Part shown: positions 53,677-64,000 of the stretch, piece by piece | Numbering within the stretch: the first letter of the stretch is position 1 | Layout of the letters: every line of letters starts with the position of its first letter | NCBI GenBank assembly: GCA_051294905.1 | Contig: CM119372.1 | Location: 35,280,001-35,344,000 of the forward strand | DNA: 64,000 bases | Source of the DNA: Botryllus schlosseri | Lineage: Eukaryota | Direction: 5' to 3' | Program-made: the position numbers and the translations under genes | Notes under the pieces: generated by a model | What the model was told of the DNA's origin: nothing | Database searches by the model: none | The model's input: only the letters and a program-made list of their open reading frames with translations

Positions 53677-54640
53677 GGGGAGATGTGGTACCGATGGATC
53701 AAAAATTGCAAAATGATCTCTGGCCCTCAAATCTTCAGCCGAGAATAGCAGATCTTTTGCTGTCTCAACACTTCGATACAAGCTTTACCTTTCGCGGACA
53801 TTTACATGAATATCCGCCTTTTCCAAAAATATTCATAAACGTTTAAAAGTTGCTGCTCGAACGTGTCACCGGTCCCCACCCGGTGGGTCCAAAGGCACAC
53901 GACCATGGGATCTATGAGACATACGCTCAAAAACTAAAATTTGTTAACTTGTTTTGTTGTGTATTATAAGCTAAGCTACAGCAAGTCAATGAAGAATGTT
54001 TCGTCGCGACGTTCAAGAATAAAATAGATTATATCAACTCAAATGTTGGCAAAAAATCATGTTTTGTTTTACGCCTAAACTTACAAAATTAATGCTACAT
54101 ACATATTTCCCGCAAATGGACATTTTGACTTTCAAATACCTCGCAATAGCGATAAAACACCACAGGTAACTATGATTTACAGCCTATATATATTTAGGCG
54201 AGTTTCTGTTGTTAAGTAATTAGTTGGTCCATCTATTTTGCTTGATTTGGCTATGGTACCATAGGTCCCCCACCCCATAAATATTGTAATTGACTTGAAA
54301 ATAGTCCACTCGAGGATGGTATTGATTCAAAAAATATGTGCCAATGTATACCCTGATACAAGCCCTATACTTCACATCAAAAATTATGGCGGGTTTGTTA
54401 GTCTGAAAGGTGATATAGAAAAATGAAAATGTCGATCCAAATTTACTTTACACCCCCTAAAACGTAAATCATTCGTCACAGACCCCATACCTCACGCAGG
54501 TCGATTTTTTTTTTGCATGTGAGGAAAGATTTTGTCAGCATGTAATTGTAGAAAAATTCACGGAGTGTAATCATGGAATTATCATGGAGAAATTTTCAAG
54601 TATTTTCGGTCCCAGTGATCCATCGGTACCACATCTCCCC
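53677..54640. mobile_element. Non-autonomous TIR element
   Basis: Perfect TIR GGGGAGATGTGGTACCGATGGATCA / TGATCCATCGGTACCACATCTCCCC. Confidence 0.85.
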
Positions 54641-55249
54641 TACTGCTGGAGTATAGGCTTCCTTAGGCATAATCTATGATCAATTTCTACTTCGAATATC
54701 CTTTTTATTGTCTAGAAATCACAATATCTACTTGTTATTCAGTCTACATTTAGCGCAAAAATGTATTGTCCTTGTGTGTTTGCACCTACTATACTGCTGC
54801 AACTGACCACCTCTGTAGCATTTGTACATTTAGTTATGTTCCTGACTCCGATATTCCAGCACATCTATACCCAGATCCGACATTCTATGATAAGAGTCAC
54901 AAGCATAGTGACGAGAAAACTTAGTGGTATGATCTACAGCTGCAACATCAATAGGTTTTGGATTCGAGTCCAACCGATGTCGACTGCAAAATTCCTTGCA
55001 AAGTTTGCAGGTAGCCTACGCCTATATGATGTCTAGAAGTCGGCCGTGCTAATGTCGGCAGGTACGGAATCATGAAAAATACCAGCCTGGTTTTAATGGA
55101 CAGAGTAGTCGAAAGTCATCGTGACTGCCGCAAACAATAACTCCGGCTAAGAATAGCCGGTATGATGGGAATTTGCGAAGAGCTAGACAAATAAATTTCA
55201 AGTTTACGAGTATCTGGAATTGATTGAACTGGTTATTGCCAATGTTCAG

Positions 55250-56122
55250 ATTGTGTCACGAGGAGTCAATTTATTTCCTTCTTCGAAAAAGAGAAAAATA
55301 TGCGACAAATGCCGTGTCAGAGCACAACAGCGGAAATCGGACAGGAAGGAGGCGCTATCGAAGTTGGCGGCTGCAAAATCAGTTTTGTGGCTGGATCATT
55401 TAATAATGTAAAAACTATCACGGTGAAAGCAGAAATCGACTGTACGAAACGGCCTCTTGGGATGGAGGCGATAACGCCCACTATTCACGTTAACACTCAA
55501 GCGAATAAGCAAGCAACAGTCGAACTTGAAACATGGTGCAGTTTAGAAGGCGACGAGGAGGACGTAATAGTAATATTGTATAACAATGAAATCACGAAAT
55601 GGGAAATGGTTGCACCCGTTACCATGAAAAATGAAAGATTGGTTCAGTTTCAAATAAAAGATCACGGTCATTATGTCGCCACCATGCGCCCATCATCATC
55701 GCATATCCCCAAATGTTTCGTCAGGCCAATAATCAGTTTCAAAAACACGACCTTCGCAGTAGCTTTGATTCGCGACACAGTCCTCGACAAGAATCAACTA
55801 CTGGACACAATGAGACAAAATCTGGGAAGCGATCCGATAATGCTGGATTTCGCCTCAGTACCATGCAATAAAACTCAAAAAATCACTACTTGTCTTGAGT
55901 GTGTGGTGCCCACCAAAGGTTTCCGATTTATTGACAGTGGATCGTTCATCCATGACATTGATTGCATTATCACATATTCCAAGCAATCGTATGGATACTG
56001 TGTGTTAGAAAGTGATGAGACTTATCGAGACTTATCGGGACTTATAAATCTTCGACTAAATCTTTTGGACGGTGAGACGATATTACGCACGGCAGGCACA
56101 ATCAAACATATCTGGAATCGGG
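55250..56122 (+). CDS. Exon: closing helix of last death-like repeat plus second ZU5-UPA-like module (phase 1-1, 873 nt)
   Basis: aatgttcAG|ATTGT ... AATCGGG|GTgagt; (D)CVTRSQFISFFEKEK then TTAEIGQEGGAIEVGGCKISFVAGSF...ITPTIHV...ATVELETW, a ZU5-type pattern; contains ORF 55300..56163. Confidence 0.85.
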
Positions 56123-56607
56123 GTGAGTCGAAGTATTTTTTTATTCCGTTTTTATTCTCATAATAATAATTTCCTCCGTTTCACCAACGTTGTGTGTTAC
56201 CAATTCATTGTCAATGTATCGTTAACACTGGTCGACATTTTTAAATATATTTTTTGCTGTTTTAGAACGATCAATTGAGTTTACCTAACTTGACAATGCT
56301 GATTCCGAATTTGCGTTCAGAATTTACTCTTCACGTCAGATTTTTTCGCAAAAATCGAATAAAAATTTTACTCAGAATAGGCTGTATTGAGGGCGCTTAT
56401 GACCGTTTACGTCCGTATATGATACGAAACACACCCTACAAAGCTACCAACTTACTTTATTGGATTTAAGGTCTTATTATCTTAAGCTATACCCTCAAAA
56501 TAATCTGGATCCATAGTATTTCCAAGAAGTTAGGATCCCACTTCAATGAGAGAGAGTCATATTTTATTTCCAGATCCGCCTTCCTAATAAGAATACACCC
56601 TCTATTG

Positions 56608-58125
56608 CAGAGGTCTCGAACACGCGGCCCGCGACGGCATTTTGGAATTTCAAGTACTCAACAATACAATCAAGTGCCATATATCTTTTTTAGATACAGG
56701 AACTTGAAGTTCACGCTGAAACTACTGTAAAAATCTCTGAAATCTCAACAAACTTCACTATCACATCACTTTCAAAAGCTACCATACGCGGTAGAAGATC
56801 AGCTATTACGTCACATTTCTAGTTCATGGTGATAGAAAATGACCCGTTGATGATTCGTGACTGAAAATTGTGATTTGGTTCGGTGCGACCTTCTTGTAAA
56901 ATTACTCGATTTCGGATTGACTGAGTGATTAAATAAAAATGACTCTAATTGAGTCGGGTTAAACGTTAAAATCAGAGAGGGACTTGCGACTCTGAACGGT
57001 GACTTGGTAATCCTACGGACGCAACAATCTATGAAACTTTCATGGAGAATAGTAATATATCAAAATGTCGTAGTTTGCGTTGCGTAGGGTATATAGCTAT
57101 CTAATCAGGTCTGTATGGCAACAATTGGTTTTTTGTGACCCCCGTGACGCACAGTTGGTTACATGCTGGGTGTTGGTTGTTCTCTTTATCCATGGTATAA
57201 TTGATAGCGAGTAAGGTAGTAGCAAGCTCAACAGCTGTAAACCAATGAATTCTTCGCCGATTGGACATTTCTATTCCAGGGTTCTCAGCCAGGGCCCGTA
57301 GACCACATCGGGGTACGAAGCACTACATCAGGGTGTACGAGATGCATTGTGGAATTAGGCCTGTATGCTGTAGAATATTGTCTTGGCCAATTTATTCAAC
57401 GGGAAAATAGTCTTCGCGCCACGCGCGGTTTTATGTGAATGGGCTTTCTGATTTTAATATTGGTACCATCAGAAATTGTATTGAAAATGGACAGGGGCTA
57501 CGAGAAATATTATTGGAAGGGCAAGGGGTACGATCGCTAAAAAGGTTAGGAGGATATGCTATTACTATGGCTCAATAATGAATATATTTAAGTTGGTATT
57601 GTTATGTTCCAATAATAATCAAAATCGAACGCTAATTTAATTTGACTTTGGCGATGACAGTAACAACAGCCACTACTTATCACAACGATATCAAAACTAG
57701 GATTAGGCTACATCGCTCAAATGCTCTGATATAAGATCAATCTTTAGTAGACTTTAAAATATTCTACATAAAATTGTGGCACCTCAAATGTCCACTAGCT
57801 GCAATACTATGACCCGACAGTTTTATGATGCCATGATGCATCCTCTCGCATGATGTCTGTAACTCATTAATTAAAAAAGTATGCTCTGCACAAAAACATC
57901 TTTATTCAAATATTTGAAAATGTGTTTTGTCCGTGTCAAGCGTCAATAGTACAATAGTATATTACATTTACACGATGATTGTGGAATACCTGTCTGCGAG
58001 TTACCGTCAAATAAGACCTACTTGGAAATTATACATTGAATATTCCTATTGTGGATGCTACGGCCCGCGGCGTCATGAAGAACTAAGAAATTGGCCCGCG
58101 TGCGCATTTGAATTTGAGACCTCTG
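56608..58125. mobile_element. hAT-type element
   Basis: CAGAGGTCTCGAA / TTTGAGACCTCTG with GCGGCCCGC motifs; TSD CTCTATTG/CTCTATTC. Confidence 0.8.
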
Positions 58126-59103
58126 CTCTATTCTATCAACTTCAGTGAGGAAACTATTCGTGAATGTCTTTAGAGCAGCGGTTCTTAAACTATGGGGTGC
58201 TCCCCCTTGGGGGCGTGAAAGAATCTGAAGGGGGGTGCGAATCTGCGATCAACTGAAAAAAATTTCGCTCCCTTCGCGCTTTTCCTCCAATTCGTAGTTA
58301 TTACTCTGTGTATGGTCACAATATCGTATTGAAAAATTATCTCATTAACAGTCATGACCTTTCATGCCATCAAACTATCCGTTGGGATTGCTAGTATTCT
58401 CGTTACAGTTTGTGATAGGACGAAAATGGGGGCGCGAAATATTTCATTATCATAAAGGGGGAGTGTCTAAAAAGTTTGTGAACCACTGATTCAAAACGTG
58501 CACTATCTTTGATCACACCCTTAACCATGAGATCCAGTTTAATATATAATGGTGGGAATACAACATAGGATCTGTCGATAAGAGAAGGCTCTGAAACATT
58601 TTAAGGCCTGGTTTAATATACTCCTTCATCGACAACTTCCTTTTAAGTTAATGATTTCCACTGTCCCCTTCACACATAAAACAAGCATACCTTGTAGTTC
58701 TATACAGTTGAACCAGTAGCATATTTATGAGTTCAAAACCAACGGAAACTCTCACGTTTGAGAACCATGTTCCAAATTTGAAATCAAAGTTTCCTATTTT
58801 CGTAAGACTACTTGACGCCAGTTGTACTAGCTACAGAGATAGAAGAACATTGGTTTGTGTTGTGCGACAAAACAGCTTTTAGGCTTGATGCGTAAATAAA
58901 AAGGCGCAATTCACAGTTCCCAATGTCTCTCTGAGACCTTGAACATCGACACAATAGACAAAAGAGGGATCGGAGGCAAAGAAGCGTGTGTAATGTGTAT
59001 TCACTATCACGATGGATATATCAAGCAAACGTGGCGTTAGTGCCAAGTATATGTTTGGCTTTTAATCTGGAACCTATATTAAGAGCAGATTCATTTGGCA
59101 AAT

Positions 59104-62100
59104 CAGGGCTGTGGTGTCGGTAAATTTTACCACCGACTCCAACTCCGAATCCGACTCCCCACATTTTCAATATACCGACTCCGACTCCGACTCCTGAGTC
59201 TTTAAACGTACCGACTCCTACTCCGGCTCCGACTCCGACTCCGACTCCAACAGCAATACCAATTTACTTCGAAAATTATATGCCACAGTAACGGTTAAAT
59301 GACTATCATACAGTAAATAAACATGCAAATATGATTAACGATGACATTTAAAATTGTTTCATTGTGGCACAGCTCGAATTATTCACTACGCAATTAACAT
59401 AAAAGATTTCCTTTCTAAATATCCTTTCTTTCTTCATATGTGATGAACATGGACTCACGAATATCCTAATATGCACGAACCATTCAAACAGGATATATAT
59501 CCAATCCAGTATGATTAAAATGTAGCTAAAACTATCGAACTGCGTAGCTCTGGTGTATGAGTCAGCAACTGATACAGAGATGTAACTTACTAATTTTCTC
59601 GTTACACATTGATTATAAGCACACAAACTCTTACTACGAATAGACATTGGTCATTAATAAAATTTAGGAAGTAGTCAAATAGCATATGTATTGTCAACAT
59701 GCACTAAGTCAGTGGTTCTTAACCTTTTTTCTTCCAGCGCCCCCTTTTAAAAATTATCGTGCTCCAGCGCCCCCCCAACTTCATATTGTAAGGAATGTAA
59801 TAAAGACAATGAGTAAGAGGGAGGGCCGTAACAGCACTTCGTTAACCCCCCTAAAAACGATTGCCTTGCGCACCCAGAGCGTGATAAACCGAACTTCTGA
59901 GGGCTCCGCCCCCACGAACCCCATATCGTGATTTTGATGGTCAGCAAAGTTTGTGTGGCCTGGTCGCCCTAGGTACCAAAATTTTCCATAATGCATGAAT
60001 GAATAGGTGGTAATCAGATTTACCAGTAGCACTGAGTGAGCTGTTGTATAGGAAAATAAAGGGCACGTAATAAATAATTAAACATATATTCGGGCGTGCC
60101 CGCAGGTACAATTATTTGTTACCAAACAAAAAACGTTGGTCCTGGGCCCCCATCGGGTGATAAACCAAACTTCGCGGGACTTCACTCCCAGACCCCCATT
60201 AGGCTGTCCCCTATTTGCTGATAGCCTATTAGGTATCTACATTTGGTGTCCATTTACTGAGGCAGCTATTCTCGCCTATTCGCGCGAAGTGCGAAAAATT
60301 TCACTAATTAATGATTGAATTGGTCAATATCATCGGGAATTGCATGTAAATTGAGATCAATTTTTATCCTCCCTCTGCTCACGTAAACACATTTACCGGT
60401 AGAGCTGAGTGAGGTGCAATGTTTCCTCTAAGCTGTGCACGTGCGCAGTGCTGACACGGTCTCTGCACACAGAAAATATACGTTGCGCACAACAAATCCG
60501 GAGTTATTACCTTATTTTAGTCGTTACGCACTGTTGTCCAAGGGTCAGCGCAGTGAGTTGTTGAGTTTGCGCGGACTCATCAAAACTTAAAGCGAACATT
60601 GTGAGGTTTCTTGGAAACTGTACGGCCCGTTACTATTAATTAAACATATTCGGGCGGGCGAACCCGTTGGTATGACTTCGTTGCATGATGTTATTTCGTG
60701 ACCCCCTGTCTGCAATATCAAAAAATATAGAATCGCTCAACGGGGATATCGCCCAACAGGAATATCCCTGTCGCCCAATCGTACTAAACTAAAAGACGCA
60801 CACGATTTCAGATTGGTATTTCTTCACTGACATATAATTTTTCCCTGCCAGATGGAATTCGTCTTCTGGGGTTCAGATTTCCAAGACAGGAACATTCGGT
60901 ATCAGTCATTTAGGCGCCCATGGACAATTAAACCTATATGTATTTTGAAGGCTATATGTAACGAAGCTTTCGGTGTTAATTTGCTCTGAATACTCAATAA
61001 GGATATGTCCTATCACCACATCATCTACTGCGAAGCCATTTTTCTCCAGCGCCCCCCATACCGCCCCCCTGAGCCCAGCGCCCCCATATCGCCCCCTGAG
61101 CGTTTCCGCCCCCCTTCAAGATCGCCAGCGCCCCCTGGGGGGCGCTGGGGGCAAGGTTAAGAACCACTGCACCAAGTCAAGTATTCAAAGACTAAGACTT
61201 GCAGTCTTTCTTAGTCAATCGACCCCAGCAGTTCAGCTACACTACAAATATATCTAATTTTGTCAAGTGGGAAGCAGCGTTTGGTTATATTTACATCAAT
61301 TTTACAAAAACCATACGATGTATTTACTCTGACACAGTATCATGGTATCATTCCAAAAATCGCATCAATTTGTGACTTCATCGCGAGGATGCATATTGCG
61401 ATTTTCTTCCTGTATGCAACTGAATTGCAATTTGCAAATAATGTCCAATTTTATCGATTTCAGGGGTGACAAACCTTTTCGGCCAATGGGCCACATGAGA
61501 TGTACTAACCATCGGGCGGACAACTGGAATGTTGATAACTTTTTTTAGTCGCCCGATAGGAGCGAACCGAATTAGGTAACGTTAAAAACAAGACTTATAT
61601 TACTCCGCTTCAAAATTGATAAAAATTATGTCATGCAACTGCGCAGTGTGCAGTTATGCCCTGGTCGCACCAAGCGCGAAATTTTTTCAAAGGTAATGAA
61701 TGAATTCTATCAATAAATATGATACTCACATGTATATGGCAAGGACAGGATTATTCGGCGTTTAGACAAAGCGATATCGACGGTTCCGGTGAACATGCCT
61801 CTATCATTTTGTTGCAATTTTCTAATTTCGAGAATTACCTCGCAAGCCACACAAAACCTTCTAGCGCGCCACATTTGGCTTGGGGGCCACGGGATGGCCC
61901 CCCTGATCTGTATCGCTATTAATACCGGTGATTGAGGAAACATGAAAATCCTCTTGAAAATCCTTTGAAAGCAATTGTTTTCATACTGAAGGAGTTGGAG
62001 TCGGATTCGGAGTCTGAGTCAGGGTCATTTTCACCCACTCCGACTCCAGTCAATATTGTTTCCACGACTCCAACTGCGACTCCGACTGCAGCCACTATAG

Positions 62101-62164
62101 TTTTCACGACTCCGATCCATCAAGCGAAAATGAGTCAAACTCCGACTCAGGCTCCACAGCCCTG
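59104..62164 (-). mobile_element. Second copy of the (GGAGTC)n hAT-type composite element, with an extra nested MITE (~59710-61169)
   Basis: CAGGGCTGTGG / CCACAGCCCTG; TSD TGGCAAAT; nested TSD CACTAAGT/CACCAAGT. Confidence 0.88.
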
Positions 62165-64000
62165 TGGCAAATTCAAATTTATGACAAAATTATTTCACAC
62201 TTCACACTCATGCTGAGAACATTTTTAAGACAAAGACTCTTCACCGAGAGAATCTTCTTCAAATGTTGGTAAGACTTTGGAATGCAATGGAATTGTGACA
62301 TCTGTCCCATGAGGGATCGGTCGCATTGCGCAAGTCAAATTGGATATTGAATTTTATGCTGATTTTTGACATTGAATAAAAAAAAACATGAACAAAAGTA
62401 ACAATCTTTTCCATGTCCATGTGGCTCTCTCCAAACCGTTGGCACACTGAATACTAGAGATTTTCGTTTTTGAATGCTTCACAGCCTCAATGTCGCTTTA
62501 TTTTTCATTGTTTGTGCTGTGCAATCTGCATACCTCTTCTTTACATCGCCTTGACCTTGGTGGGTGTCTGATTTCAAAGGCCACTCCAAGTCGTTCCGAC
62601 ACATCTTTTCATCGTATCGCAGTTTTGCAATGTTTTGAAAGTAATAAATTATTATTAAATTGATACTGATATCAAAAACTAGGCCTAGAATAATTGCATT
62701 TGTACATTCTTATAAAAAGTTACTTTTACTTCTACTTGAGTAGAATAAAAGTTACTTCTACTTCCACGTGAGTAGAAATTGACGCCGCTATATCTACTTC
62801 TACTTGAGTCCCTATGCTAAGTACTTTTATCACATCTGATGACGTCAGAATGGTTATAGCTACGACCAAACAGCAAGCAATACGTTCCGAGAACAGGCTA
62901 TTTTTAGCACTGAAATGTAAGATTTTAAATCAGAGATTATAAAAATTCTTCATGCGATAGAAAAGAAAGCGAATTCATATTCATAATCAACTAGTAAAAA
63001 CCCAGAAAGCAACAATCCTGTCGATCAGTGTAAATTCTTCCCCTGTATATATGTAAGTGTGATTCATCGATGAAATCACAATGTCTCAAAGTGAACATCT
63101 TAGCAGTTCTAATATTGAATTCATGGTATTTCATAATATTGCATTTGAACACTTCGTTATAGTTGTCAACAAATTAGTTATTCGGGGTGTCAAGCGATAT
63201 CATGGTTTCATCCTTTGTCGCTGTACTCATTGCCGTGTGACTTTTGATTTTGAATCTCATCATCGAAAATTTCATCATGCAAAATTGTCTTGATATATGT
63301 CTGAAGCGACAGTGTAACTATGATCTATCGCGTAGGAGTCCAGAATATCATGGCTCTTCTGAATAAAATGGACATTGCTTACTGGATGTTAATATTATTA
63401 TATTTATTATTATAAGTAAAAATCGTGATAGTGGCGTCTATCACAGCACAGATTTTGTGCGCTACTTCTATACTGGTTATTACAATGAATTTGCATTATC
63501 CAAATATATACAGCATCGCTCAGTCCTATTGGCATACCAACAATAGGGTTGTTCAGAATTGACCGACTTTCAAAAAGTCCAGGTTTTCAGTCCGATTCCC
63601 ATGCCTTATACCTTAAAAACATATTCTGGCTACTTTTTTTTGTAACTCGTCCCCTGCATCCGTGTGCACATTGAGCTGGAAGAATAGCAGCTGAAAATAG
63701 GGGATTCCCCTAAAATCTGAGTGTCACGATTTTACCTAGCCTAGTTAAAGTGACATATAACAGGGATTTATGCAGCTGTTGCGGTTTGGAGTGCTACAGA
63801 ACCTCACTATATAAGTCATTCCTAGTTCAGGATATCATTTCCATGTCCCACACTGCCTTAGAACTGCTCAAAACTACCTAAAACTGATAGTCATTTTGTT
63901 GGATCACATATCCTACACCCCTCAAACCTATCCGGCACTGCTCATCAATTTCCTGGATCCCCATGTGCAAGAATACAACTGTAAATGTAACATCCACTCA

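Larger units (their letters stand above)
56240..62530 (-). pseudogene. Second decayed Chapaev3-like transposon copy, split by nested insertions
   Basis: Pieces at ~56240-56600, ~58490-59100 and ~62170-62530 are reverse-complement homologues of 37920-39100 (e.g. RPIPHGTDV at ~62320, PPLYIKLDLM at ~58550). Confidence 0.65.

Noticed and set aside
55300..56163. Stand-alone intronless ZU5 gene starting at ATG 55300
   Set aside because: The frame extends upstream to a phase-1 acceptor at 55250, and a consensus GTGAGT donor precedes the stop, which favours an internal exon. This cannot be fully excluded without RNA data.

Overview
AT-rich, intron- and transposon-dense eukaryotic DNA, most likely from an invertebrate animal (taxon not provable from sequence). 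The window is dominated by the internal part of one large + strand gene. I can join 17 GT-AG exons (550..56122) by hand into a single stop-free frame of 4696 nt (~1565 aa). Its predicted architecture is a possible LRR-like segment, ZU5-UPA-like module, one canonical death domain, one divergent death-like unit, ten diverged ~72-81 aa death-fold-like repeats, then a second ZU5-UPA-like module. Each repeat is on its own symmetric phase-1 exon, and the exon borders fall inside the predicted domain. No start or terminal exon is securely visible. Introns are filled with 8-bp-TSD hAT-type MITEs, a 7.7 kb CMC/EnSpm-like element, Chapaev3-like and hAT transposase remnants, foldback elements and tRNA-derived SINEs. 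Domain and transposon-family calls are by-eye motif recognition, not database hits.
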